Assembly (NCBI GenBank): GCA_977016875.1
Contig: CDRNST010000054.1
Location: 930,001 to 994,000, forward strand
Length of the DNA: 64,000 nucleotides
Direction of reading: 5' to 3'
From: Pavona decussata
Lineage: Eukaryota
Positions 1-12,528 of this stretch are shown here, piece by piece. Both the position numbers and the translations under genes were made by a program. The notes below the pieces were generated by a model. The model saw nothing but the letters and a program-made list of their open reading frames with translations, searched no databases and was not told the DNA's origin. Every line of letters starts with the position of its first letter. Position 1 is the stretch's first letter.

Positions 1-369
1 TAATTTAAAATAATAATTATATATCTCTTCATATCTTAATGTTGCCCCCAATTTTCAAACAGTTCACTGCATACAATAGCTTCATAAATATGTCATTTTG
101 CAAGTCTAAAGCTGAACACCAACAGTCATTGAAACCAGTTGATGCAAAATGCATCCTTGCAGTTTATCTGCTAGCTGATGGCTGGATCATTACAATGTCT
201 TGTTTTCAAATGATTCCTATGAGATCACTACGAAATAACTTCTTTCAGCACTCAAGCAATTATAGAGATGATATGAAAACTAGCCTACAGAGTTCATTCA
301 TGCTTTTATCTCCAAATCAACAGTTTTTTATTAGTGTTATTGATAAGTTCCAAAGTGCAACCATATTGC

Positions 370-790
370 AAAATTATGAAAGCTTAACTAAGCATAATTT
401 ACTTTCCTGTGGTACTGTACAGTATACCATACATGGTTCTAACTTTTTAGTCTGTGGATAAAGTCCTGAAGTGTTTATGACCAGTACTATTATATTGAGC
501 AGTTATGTTGCTCTGGTGCTGTTTTTTATACTACCTAAGGTGGTTCTGACTTTTGAGTCTGTGGATAAAGTCCTGAAGTGTGCATGGGTGCTGTTTATTA
601 TGCTCGGTATGCAGTGGCTCAGACTTTTGAGTCTCTGGACAAAATCCTTAAAGGTGTCCATTCTAACCAATTACAAAAATCACTGAGCAGTACTCTTTTG
701 TACAAGGTGATTTCTAACTTTTTAGTGCTGTCATAATTTTTAAAAATTTGATCATTCAAATGAAAGTCAGAGAAGCACCGCCCTACTTAA
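370..790. repeat. Degenerate tandem repeat (~100-bp units)
   Basis: The motif GGTTCTAACTTTTTAGTCTGTGGATAAAGTCCTGAAGTG and variants recur near 435, 542, 617 and 708, separated by TGAGCAGT/GTGCTGTTT-type linkers. Confidence 0.7.
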
Positions 791-2468
791 ATCTTTTCAT
801 GGAAAGGAAATTGACATCAAATTTTCTATTTTGTCTTTGGCATTTATTAGCTTAGATTGATAAATATGCTGGTGGAAATGTTATTTTTCCCAGACAACTG
901 TCTCTTTTGGTAATCCCTGTGGCAGTCGACAAATTAAAACGTAATTAAATCCTCAAGATCTTTTGTGTTCTCCCAAGCTATTGTTGATCGCAACAATGAT
1001 AAAATCATTCAGGTTTTTAAGTTAAGGGGTTTGTCTAAAAATTTTAATATCTTTTTTTTGAGAGGGGATTTTTAATTTCACTCACAACTCACAAGTATTC
1101 TTTATTATCTTAATTGTTTGTGATTTATAAATTGCTAGAAATGTACTTGTGTTGTTTAGTTCGTGAATCTTCTGTTGGTGTGTTGGTAATGTTATGTTTT
1201 TTTTTTTGCAAATGGCCAAGATATTTGTAGTTTGAGTTCAAGGTGCTACTAGATTCATTTGGTAAAAAATGGAGGATAGCAAAATATTGTTCTAGTAAAC
1301 TGATGTACATGAAGGTACTAAGAAGTCTATTAATGTGCATTCATTAATTAAACTTCTATTTACAGGTGTGCAATCTTAGTTACATATCTCATTGAGTTGG
1401 CTTGTGTTGATTGTTTAAGAGCAATTAGGGCAACCATTCTTTAATTTGTTGAAAAGCACTCACTAGCAACTAATACTAATTAATACATTATTTTTGCTGT
1501 GATTGGTCTTTGTTGTTGTTGTTGTACTCTTCATTCTTATAATGAAATTAATTTTTGTAACGCGAAAACAACATTGTCTGTGAACTTTTCAGACATTAAA
1601 TTTAAAACATGTATAAATTACTTAACAGATGTATGATCATTATTCCATTTCATTTTACAAGTGAGAGTGATGTTTATTATGCACTTGCAGATGCAGGCTT
1701 TTTTTTACTAAAATTGTTGTGAAATCATTAGTATTACAGGGGACATTTGAAGTTTAATAAATTCTTGTTATTGCCATGTTCTTGTATCAAGTCTAAGGCT
1801 AAAGTGACTATGTGTACCTTGATTCCTTAGCAGAAATTTGTTACCATAATTAGAATGATTTTTATATTGTGCTAAAGTTACTTATTTTGAGAACTTGGCA
1901 AGCTGAAAGGTATTAATATTATTTTGGCATTGTCTAAATCTCTTCCTTTAGGGATTAACAGTGAGAATTAATAATCAAAAATAGTATTTATTTAATCCTT
2001 CCTTAGTCCTGTTTTGGTAGTAGTTTTTTCTGTTTTGTCTGTGGATAAATTTCATGAATTTTGTATACTATGGTTCTTAGTTCAATTTGCAATTTTCTGA
2101 AGGTAAAATGTTTAGCTGTTTCTGGAATTTTTCCTTGAGTACTCTTAAGTTAATTAGATTAGTGTTAAGTTCCAGTAATAATCAGGTGTAAATGAAAATA
2201 ATCTGAGAAGAAATGAGTGAAAACCACGACAGGATACCCTTTTTGACCCTGGGATTTTACATGTATTAATTTCTTATCTCTTGGTTTTATGTTTAGATGC
2301 TGTCTGAATGAAGTTAAGAAGTTAAGGGGGGCGTGGTAAAGGCTGTTTTCCTGCAATTGTTTGATTGTATGTTAAGGATGTAATTTGAAAGTAAGATTGA
2401 GATGAAGACTATCGTGTACAGTAAGATGATATGGTACTGCCTGAAAGTCAACAGGACAGCTTTTGATA

Positions 2469-3065
2469 ATTCTTGGTTTTCACATGACGTCACCAAATTC
2501 TAGAATTCAAAACTGGGAGGCCTACAAAATTTTTACCTTCATTCAAGGAAAGATTACCTTAAAATATGTCTGTTCACAATTTCTTAGCGCGATGTCGTGC
2601 TTCCTTTTGAAAATAGAACAGTTTCAATTTCCGAGTTTCCATCGTGCGTGACATCAGGAGGATGGACGGCCAGAGCTGTTCTGTATCTTAAAAATGACTC
2701 TTCGGGCGATTTTCAGCATTCTAAACAATTTAAATTTGAGGAGAAATATTAATCTAAACATTCGAAAATTCGCAAGGGCAAACAAACCTCTTTTCTGGCA
2801 AAAGTGAACTCCAGATGTTTTTTCCTCTTTCCGGCCGCCATGTTTGTGCCCCTTAGAGGGATGCAAACATGGCGTCTCAATACTAAGCTCTATAAATTTA
2901 TGTGGAACATTTTGTCAAATAACTCGAGTACGGAATACCGCACAGACCTGACACTTAGACATATGCCTTATTTATTTATCCTCTATACCATGTCAATTTC
3001 TTGACTTCATTCATGGAATGGTTTCAATTTTTTTTTTCAATGGTGTGACAGTGAAAACCGGCAAT
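2469..3065. mobile_element. Non-autonomous DNA transposon (MITE-like) with imperfect terminal inverted repeats
   Basis: Left end ATTCTTGGTTTTCAC is the approximate reverse complement of right end GTGAAAACCGGCAAT. The interior is CpG-richer than the flanks. Confidence 0.55.
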
Positions 3066-4251
3066 TGATTTTGTTATCAGTAGTAGACAGTAGTATATTT
3101 AGCTATAGCTACAATAGATGTGCATTATACATAGATCGTTGTACTTTATTTGGCCTTTTGTTGGCTCTTTTTGCCAAAAAATTAGTAGAAAATAATCCTT
3201 AGCCAAGGGGGTATCTTTCAACTAACAATATATAATTCAATTGTAACATGAGATTGAATCTTACGTGTAATGGAAGATTTTTTTTGAAGGATTCCGAGGG
3301 CTGTATATGCTTATCAGGGATCTGTGAGTTAAAAAAAGATTTTCTTTGTGTGCACATCCTATATATTAGGGTGTTTATATTACAAAGGGCGGTTTCAAAT
3401 TAAGTATTTGTGGTGGCTATAAAAGGACACTAGAGAGTCTGTAATTACGGACTGATTTACTTGTACAACTAAATGAACTGTGTTATATGTGGTAGAAACG
3501 ACAACATCTGGACCATGTGAATGACATTAAAAACATTTTTGGGTATGTGGCGTGGGTGATCATGCAGGGTGCTGCCTCAATCCATAAGCACCCTTATGAT
3601 TATCAGTATCTAATTTTTCCTTGGAATATTACTACAGGATCAGGCACTAGCTACTTTAAAAGGATTAATTATATGATTAAAGGAAATGATTTAGCTTGAT
3701 GTTAAACAGATTCTTGTACTAGTATCGTAAGATAAAGATATTGATCAGTGGGGAGAATTGCTGTTTTGATATTGGGGTTTAAAGGGTGAAAGTACCATAT
3801 TTTGTTAGTAAAGCAGCCATCTTGTGGGAGTTTACATGCAAATGAAGTGTTTGTGTGTGACTGGGATCACAACCATAACGAGTGCTGCCTTGGGTATATA
3901 CATGTACGTGTATTGGGGTTGTATATGTTGTGGTTCAATTTTATACTTGGTTTAAATTCTATTTTCCATTGTTTCAAACTCATTATCATACATTACCTTA
4001 ACAAAGAACAATGGGAAGATATAATTGAAACCAAGGATAAATTTGAACCAGAACACATACTGCTGGCCAGTTGTTCCAAAACTGATTAACGCTAATCCCT
4101 GATTAAAATTTAACCAAGGTTGTCATCTCACTTAGTACAAAATGCTTTTAAAAGCTAATTTTAAGCCAGTGGTAAAGAAATGTCGTAGTGTCCAACTGAA
4201 GAACAAAAATAAACAACAGCAATTTATTATAAGATAAGACTTATTACAATA

Positions 4252-4840
4252 CAGTGAACTCTCTCATAGCGACCACTTCTCGTAAGCGACCACCTCGTAA
4301 ACATCCGTTTTGTTTCTCAGTTAAATACTGTTTCAAGAGCTCTCTCATAAGCGACCGCCACTCAAATTTCTTAAGGGACCGCGACCACTTTTTAGGCCAG
4401 AAATTACACATATTCTTTTGTTTTCTGTTTCCGGTAAGCGACCACCCAACATAATCATGTATGATCGCTTGTAAATCATTACTCAGAAGTAAAAAAAAAA
4501 GTTCAATTTTGATGACGCTTCCCGGAATGCTGACAGATAACGACAGTTTAGAGACAGAGAAGATGGCTATAATTAGATCTGTAGGTAAACGGGAATTGTT
4601 ACAGTGATTTACTCCAAAATGAACCATGAACCATGTTATACAGAGTTTCATCAGAAGAATGAATAGATGTGAAAAAATCAATTAAATTAGTTTCTATTTG
4701 CCTAATTTTAGCTGCTAAGGTAATATTTTTATTTAATTAATTAATCAATCAATCCAGTATTAGGCTTAGTTTGTTGATCTTTCCCGTAAGCGACCACTTT
4801 GTCGTGCACCAAGGGTGGTCGCTTATGAGAGAGTTGACTG
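4252..4840. mobile_element. Tc1/mariner (pogo/Tigger-type) MITE
   Basis: TA|CAGTGAACTCTCTCATAGCGACCAC ... GTGGTCGCTTATGAGAGAGTTGACTG|TA: TA target duplication, CAGT termini, and several internal TAAGCGACCAC subterminal motifs. Confidence 0.85.
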
Positions 4841-5990
4841 TATTAGATACCCACAATTAGCAAGGGCTATTCGAGGTGGGTAGCATTGATAGTTGTTTAC
4901 ACACTCAAAAAGAAGAGAAAATTAACAGCACAAAATAGAATTGATTCATTAAACAAAGAGAAAAAGAATTAAATAGGAAAATAAAAGAATGAATAAAACA
5001 CCTATGTGACTAATTCTTATTTAGAAAGTTAAATGCAAGCTAACTAAGCTAAACTCAAACTCAAATCAAAGTTCATGGGATTTGCTTAACTTTGAACAAC
5101 TGTGCCCCAGGGATTAGACCTAGGCCAAACTTCAGTTGTTATGGAGGTGTTTGAAATGGTAACAGATGCTTTTAGTCCAAATGAACTTTCATTAGAAACG
5201 TCAAAAAAAAAAAGATATGCGGCATTTATATATATGTGCAATAACATGTCTGAGTACATGTTCATGGAAGTAAACAATACTGAGAACGACGTAGGTTTCA
5301 CAATAATAATTATTGTCACAATTATTGTGACACCTAGTCCTCAGTATAAATTTGTCTACTTCTTGTTAATATTGGGTGCCACTCCAAACAGTGCAAAGTG
5401 CCCTGAAACTTGCATTATGCATGTTTGAGCATTTTGAAAGTAGACAAATTCACAGGAAATACTGGATCAAAAGTCAACACAGGTTTATTGGATGGCTCCC
5501 TGCTCCTCTGCCTCTTTTTTGGCCTCTCTTGCCTGTGCATTTTTTACTGTTGCTAAATGTTATTAATAATAATATATTTGTAAAGTTATCGCAGAAAATA
5601 ATTTCCTAACTTTCCTTACTTCTCTCAGTTCTTGTCATCCTGCCAGGGTTTCAATTTGCCCAGGAGGTTTTAATGGCTTAATAATATGTTGTAACAGAAA
5701 ACAATTCAATTTTTAGCCATTTTGTTGAAGGTTTTTGGTCTGGACCCGCTACACTATGGAAATTCCACATTAGCTTCTCACTCTGCTTTAACAAAGCTTT
5801 TTGAGTTTTGATGCCCCAACTTCCAACTTAGATTTTCCAATGTCTTTCCAAGTGGGTATGCAGGATTATTTTCTGGAACTGCAGATAATGTATATTTATA
5901 AGGTGTACATTGTTGTCAGTACTGTTGTTGTTGTTGTTTTTCAATTTATTGAGAGATTTACATTTGCTTCTTTATTTTCACTTGTTGCAG

Positions 5991-7244
5991 ATTTAAAGAG
6001 GGGACATTCCGTTTAAATGTTTTGCCAAACTCAAAACTCTCTATAATCTGTCCGCATGTTGCAACTTCCCTGGCTGTAACAGATGACAGTCTCTCTGATA
6101 ATGAGCGTTATGAAAATTTTTGGATTGTAGATGAGGCCAGTTACCACTCCTGTAATGTCAGCAAAAGCATCGCAAAGGACAAAAATCTCTTGAAATGCGA
6201 CAATCCAGCAAAACTGAAGTTTGAGAGGCTGAGTTTTCAGTCATTTAGGGCGGACTCGGACCTTAAATTCATTCCTGAAAAAACATATTACTTTGTCTGT
6301 GAGTATCAAATCCATTATGCAATTCTTATAAATAAATTATTAAATACATGTAAGCTAAGTGTTTTAAACTGGACAGTAATAATACTCTGTACTGTGCCAG
6401 TAACTTAATAGCTTGAATTTATAGTTATCCAATCCTAACCCTAATTTAATGTTTAAAATTGTGCAGCCTTCTTGTAGTGTTTTGTTGCTATAGTAGTACA
6501 TTTAGGCAGCAAGAGAAACATCCCATACATGTACATACATCAGTGCTGAAGGAAGCCATAAATCTTTGACTGTTAATGAAAAGATGGTCCTGCTGTTTAA
6601 ACTGCAGTCTGGCTTTTTTTCTACAGAGGAAAGAGAGAGAAACAATAAAGCTTGATATATGTACACTTACATGTACACATTTTAATATTTAAAGTGCCAA
6701 ATGACTGGCAGCCCCATCAATCAATGTAATATAGTTGGTATGTTATCTCATAGTATGACCTAATCAGAATTTACCGCCAGTGGTTACAAATGTATTTCTA
6801 TTTGACTTATCAAAAGTCTGCCAATTGCCAACAAGTTAATTTTAATCAAAGAACTCAGTACAAGAGGAGCTTATCTGTAATGATTTTTTAAACTCAATTT
6901 GCTGCGGTAAAAGCATTTCTATCGATGGTTAAATCAGCCCACTTACAATGGGATTACAGCTGTACATACAAAATTGATTACTTGGTTATATTCCAAAATT
7001 TAACCTAAAACTGCATATAGGCCCTTTTTCCACTCAGCCCTTCATTTTTTTTTTTTTTTAACCAAACAGAAAAATTACAAGAAATGTAGCTTAAGGAAGG
7101 TGCTTACTTTTGTTACTGTGCATATGTTCTGCACATCTTGAGATACTCGGGTTTCCTGTGAGTGGTGCCTACTAATACAGGGATATTTGGCGTGGTTTAA
7201 AACTATGCAAAGAAAGCAGAACTTGGCAAGTGCTCTTGGCATTT

Positions 7245-7275
<31 letters not shown>

Positions 7276-10200
7276 CAGAGATAATAAAGCTTCAATTTGA
7301 TAAAAAAAAAAATGCCATTCATTGCTTTGTATTAATTTTAGCATATCTTAGAATTATAAAAAATATGTGGTTACCCCCAATTTTCTTTTTGGATTCCAAA
7401 TGTCCCTTGCTAAGATTGACTTTTCCCGCATAGTAATAAACTGTGCAAAATACCTCCGTGTTAGTAGGCACCATCCTTAAACTAAAAAAAAAAAAAAAGA
7501 GCTCTGGGGCTGAATGGAGCAGCTATTAATTTATTTTTTGGTTTCATGTTTTAGCAACCTCAACTGGGTCTAAGACCTCTCTGGACAGTAGAAGCAAAGG
7601 ACACTGTGAGACAAATAACATGAAGTTGCAAATATACATTTGCAAAGATTCCCAGGGTATGTTGCCATCTAATAACATTAGATATTGATTTGCTTTTATA
7701 GGGCTGGCCTTCCCCACAGAGATGCACAGAAACATTTCTTTGTATTTTTATGTCAAACCCTCATGATTATTCATCAAAGATAGAAAATTTTCAAATTTTT
7801 GAAAACGATTGGCCACAGGGTACTACAGATGTAGATAGTTTGATGGCTTGTATCATTTTCACATTTGTGTTCCTGTTTCATGTGGAAAGGGAAAACAATG
7901 AAAATGATTGTCCGGTAAGAATGCAAAGTGAAAAATTAATGTGAATTTTGAAAACACAAACTTGCATCCTTGTAGACTGCGTGGCACTTAATCATATAAT
8001 AGTAATGTCTCCACAAATGTATAGATATTACAGTTGGCAGTAAAGTTTGTCACATTGGTTGGTGCTTTCATGTATTTTATCTCTTTAAGCCCCTGGGTGG
8101 CCAATGATTAGCCAGCCGGCATATCTAATAATTATTTATATCTACATGATCAAAGATTTAGGTCACGAGAAACAAAGTTAAGATTAATCTTGTTGCAATG
8201 TAAAAAAATTAATACAACTTCCCCTTACCAGTAGCATATTATGTAGCATATATTAGTGACCAGTGAGGAAAAATATCATATTGAAGCTTAGTCAGACTAC
8301 TATCGATTTAGTGCTTTCAAAGACATGTCAGTGAGAGATGAAATTAATGCGAATTTTAAAAATTTGCGTTAATTTAAGTCGCATTAATTTTTGTTAATGT
8401 TAATTTCCACATAATTAATTAAGTGGTGCATTAATTTCTGCGACCTTAATTTCCATTCTTTTCACCCGAAATTCTTGACACACTCCTGAAAGGATAAAGC
8501 CTTGTTTAATCAGGGTGGAGATCCATTGGTATCATGGACACTGTGAATAATGCTCAAAGTGACCAGATACCTTCATTTAACCTCTACGTTAAGGGACAAT
8601 TCTACGAACATTGTTTCCATTTTGCATTGTTACACTTAGGGTCAAAATAAATTTGTTCCTGTTGTCTCAACAAAGTCTGTTTCTGTAAGTCGTATTAATC
8701 TCCCTTATTTTGAAATCTTAGCGCCTCTTTCATGTTAATTACCTTTATTGGGAAGTAATTTTCCTTCATTCCCATTAATTTAAGTCGCGTTAATTTCCAG
8801 TTGATACTTTAATTAACGCAAACATTAATTTCCTATAATAAGGTATCACCGGCGGAGATTTTAACACAATACAGAAATTATTTGAGGCCAATTTTAAATG
8901 TGCAAAAAAGCTGTCTAATTAATGAGTCAGCTGAGGTTTTCTTAGCTTCATCCCTGCTTACAATGGATGTTGTTTACTTTTAACTGCTAGATGTACACTG
9001 TTCTGAAGCCAAACCGACAGTGCCTGTGATGTCTGCAGTTGATCATGAGAGCATTGTAAAAACGACTACAGCATCTATTACAACAACCAAACAAACCAGT
9101 ACTGTGCGGCGTGTTTCTACAACTTTGCCGCCTTTCACCAAGGCACATATCACTCAGCCACCTAAGGGACCTGATGTGAGCGAGGTGAAAAAAGGAGAGG
9201 AGGAAACCAACAATACAGTGGCTCGTAGTAATCTAGGTATAAATCATAGCTTTTTTGTCTGTTGAGGGGCACCAAATTCAATGCACAGAAGATTAGGGAT
9301 ACCCTTGTGAAGGTCACACCTTGGAAACCTGTTGCCTTGACGTAAAGCCAGAAACACACTAAATTTTTATAGTATGTGGTAAAATTGTTCTTTGTCTCAA
9401 TAATTACTGAAGCGGGCACACCCTGGGCAAAATGAAACATTGTCTTGTTAGATTTTGGATGTACCAGTTTATGAAAGCAACAATAGGATCCCTGCAGTAG
9501 TGGAGATACTCGCTGATTTTCAGCATTGGCCATTACAAATAGTAATTTAATTGCTTAGTGTGTTGTTGGCTTCCTGACAGGAACCCATTAGCATCAGAAA
9601 ACCAAGGAACTGACACAGGGTACTCACACTCAGATGCCTAACTTTTTGTTTTGTGCACTAATCTTGTCTACCCTGGGTTCCAAACAATTCACTCAACCAG
9701 TTAGTAGCTAGTTATGAGATGGTTTGGTATAATAATAATAATGAGCCAAAGGTGCTCCTCTTTGCCAAGTGAAATGAAGACACACAACGTCAAGTTTGGA
9801 TCACTAAACCCAAACACCTGTTCATAGACTTTCTACGGTAGATTGTCCATGCTGATACTGGAACTTAAAGACTTTGGTAAATAAGACTGTCTTTTGGCAT
9901 GAAAAAAGCAAGCCCCACAATGAGAGAAGAGAGTGCCAGTTAGTCTATGAGAGATGTCAAAATAAGATGCAAGTACATGTAGGACAAAAGGGGACAATCT
10001 TGCAATATTTTTGAACTCCCTATAATAAAAAATGCCAGGAGGTGGGGTGGGGATTTTCCAAATTAAAAAAGATGAGGGGTTGGCGTGGGGGAGGAGTGAT
10101 CATTGGAAAAGTCATATTAGGGGACCAGAAACTCATTCCAATGACCTTGCTTGAATTTATTTTCACCCCTAACACAACTGAGTGTACTGTAATGGACTAA

Positions 10201-11305
10201 CATCCTATTGGGGGTGTGGGTAAGGATACTCCTGGCAAGTTGTGCTGGTTTTCCTGTGATGGACTAGCATCCCATCTGGAGTAATAACCCAGTTAATTAC
10301 TCCATGTTACACAAAGCACGCAAACCAGAGCTATTCTGAGTGCTTACACTAATAAAAGTAACCAGACATGTTGAGTGCAGTCTAACACTGTAACTGCAGT
10401 CAGCACAGACGCATTAATGCTAACAAACAAACTAAACAACAAGTTTATTTCCTTTCACAATATTAAGTACATTTAATGGATGGTTGCGCCAACAGCTAGC
10501 AATTTCTTGTTTAAGTTGGCCAGTCATATACAGTTGGACAGAACAATTTTAATTCCATATTTATTTTCTATATTGTATGCTGTGATATATTTATTTTTGT
10601 TATTGGTTTTCTTGCAGCTTCCTTGTGGATAGTAGGCATTGTAATAGTAGTTGCCCTGCTTGCAATTTCAGTAGGACTCAACTTTTGTTTATTCAGGTGT
10701 GTATTTGTTAATTACAGACATTTATCTGATTGACTTATTATTTTAACATATCATTGTCTTCCCAATGTAGACATCAAGGCTGGTGCTAGGAAAGTAAAAT
10801 TTGTTTTGATATAGATCTTGGAAATGATCTAAATTATTGAGAAAAATACAGTAGTGAGTGTTATTTTCACCATCACTGCCACAAAGAAAAAATTGTGATT
10901 CTCTGGGCCAGCTGAGTGGATGACCTTGCACATGCTAGTTGGTGCTCCAACTACAGGAGATAATGTGCTGAGTATTGTCGTAATGACATACATCCTGTAT
11001 GCTGTTAGGATCAGCAATGTTTGAAGTGCCCAGTTTGGTGTTCAAAAATTACCATCTTTCTTTATACATTTAGGACGGTGCCTGCTAATACCAAAGTATT
11101 TTTGCGCGGTTTATAACCATGCAGGAAAAGCAGATCTTAGCAAGGGCTATGGAAATCCAAAAAGAAAATTGGGGGGGGGGGGGGGGGAACCACTCATTTT
11201 TTAGAGAAAATTAAGCAACAATAAATTTATTATTCTAAAAAGCAGTAAAATACAAAGCAATGTATGCAGTTTTTTTCCAAATAATTTGAAGCTTTATTAT
11301 CTCTG

Positions 11306-11337
<32 letters not shown>

Positions 11338-12528
11338 TAATGAATAGAAAGAATAAAATGGAAGGTTTTCCACAGAAGTTGAATACTATATCCATCTGGC
11401 AGTTTCTCGAGGCAAATGCTATGTGCTGATAGTGTCTCTTCAAATGAAATCTTTAATGTCACATGATCAATTTAAACCAATCAGACTCTTTGAAAATTTG
11501 ATGGTTAATTATAAACCAGGGGCGGCTGATTAACGCTAATTTACAGTTAAAAGTTAATCGAGGTTTTCATCTCGCTCTTTAAAAGTAATTTCAAAGAATA
11601 ATTTCAAGCTGAAGGTAAAGAAAAGTCTAAATCAAAACTGAGGGCAAAAACTCTTTTGGAAGAATCTTTATTGATTAGTTATTAAACTCTAATCAAAGTT
11701 CACATTAGTCCAGGATTAGCTTATTCGGGCTTTGAACAACTGGGCCCAGTATTATTTAATAAAGTCTAATTGCTGGGGAATGCAAGATAGAGTGATTTTA
11801 TAGAAGACCTGTCCACCAACTAGTGTCTATTGCTCCCGGGGCAAGGGGGGGGGGGGTACTCCAAAAAAAATTGGATAGGGGTGTGCGGCCCACTTCCCAA
11901 AACCCTTACCCTATTTATGACCAAAGTCTGCGATTTTCCCTACCCTATTTATGACCTGACCCTTAAATCAATACCCTATTTCAGACCTGCCTTATAATTA
12001 TTTCCCTAACCCAGACCAATGTTAAAGGTATGACAAGCCGTTGCGGCACGTACACAGTTGCCGTAAATATCATGATGAAGAAGTAGTTTCTAAAAAAACC
12101 GAATTCAAGACTAGAGTGCAAAAATCGATACCCTATTTATTACCAAAATGGTGGCAAAATGGCTAAAATCGATACCCTATTTATGACCAAACCGGCTGAA
12201 AAACCGTACCCTTTGGTGCCGCACATACCTTTATAGCCCATATAAGCCCCCCGGGCTATTGCTCAGATGACAATGATAGTGTTCTGTTTTGCTTGTTTCT
12301 TTTTGCAGAGGGAGCATATTTAAGATGCTGCTGCCTCGTCAAATTAAAAAATAATAAATCTGAAAATTGCGTAGTGCCATAAACTTGATGATTTTAAGTT
12401 TTGTTACTTCTGTAGATAAATTTGGTTTCAATTTTTTTTGCAGTAACAATAGAAGGAGGAGCAAGAGATCTGATTATGGCAGAGAAGACAGTTGCAAACC
12501 ACTGACAATGCAAACGGCAAATGTGTGA
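5991..12528 (+). CDS. Transmembrane ephrin (ephrin-B-like topology), paralogue 1; 5' signal-peptide exon not found in window
   Basis: Exons 5991-6298, 7555-7656, 8991-9236, 10618-10696 and 12444-12528, all AG/GT-bounded and in phase (2,1,1,1,2). Translation: FKEGTFRLNVLPNSKLSIICP...YENFWIV...YHSCN...LLKCDNP...FQSF...YYFVSTSTG...GHCETNNMKLQIYIC (ephrin receptor-binding domain with 4 canonical Cys), a Thr-rich stalk, a TM helix LWIVGIVIVVALLAISVGLNFCLF, and tail SNNRRRSKRSDYGREDSCKPLTMQTANV*. Confidence 0.85.
7095..7476. mobile_element. Kolobok-type non-autonomous element (family also at ~11073 and 25673)
   Basis: TTAA|GGAAGGTGCTTACT ... TTAGTAGGCACCATCC|TTAA: TTAA duplication and purine-purine start. 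Colinear with 25673-26065. Confidence 0.75.
11073..11337. mobile_element. Truncated, inverted copy of the same Kolobok-type family
   Basis: Starts GGACGGTGCCTGCTAATACC and matches the reverse complement of the right half of 25673-26065. Confidence 0.65.
11520..11746. mobile_element. PIF/Harbinger-type MITE (family also at 14035, 43347 and partial at ~4065)
   Basis: CAG|GG... CTTTGAACAACTGGGCC|CAG. The interior is colinear with 14035-14276 and 43347-43585; the left TIR is partly deleted. Confidence 0.7.
11835..12255. mobile_element. Non-autonomous DNA transposon with CCCGGG termini and a perfect 8-bp target-site duplication
   Basis: CTATTGCT|CCCGGGG ... CCCCGGG|CTATTGCT (11827-11834 = 12256-12263), with repeated internal ACCCTATTTATGACC motifs. 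Confidence 0.85.
12309..12354 (+). CDS. Candidate alternative terminal exon of ephrin paralogue 1 (tail RGSIFKMLLPRQIKK*)
   Basis: Long polypyrimidine tract and TTTTGCAG acceptor at 12308. With the phase-2 donor at 10696 it reads R-G-S-I-F-K-M-L-L-P-R-Q-I-K-K-stop. Confidence 0.4.

Noticed and set aside
39-5609. Supplied ORFs such as 39-461, 4244-4681 and 5102-5428 as genes
   Set aside because: No recognisable domains; they overlap repeats or AT-rich intron-like DNA.
1-5990. First (signal peptide) exon of ephrin paralogue 1
   Set aside because: I found no ATG-hydrophobic-WxxxNP exon ending in a phase-2 donor. It probably lies upstream of the window, though I may have missed it.
9237-9265. 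Read-through of the stalk exon giving a secreted ephrin (…NLGINHSFFVC*)
   Set aside because: Any retained intron gives such a stop; there is no independent evidence.
9581-9620. Possible small cassette exon in ephrin-1 (CAG…GGGTA)
   Set aside because: In the required phase it hits TAG after three codons.
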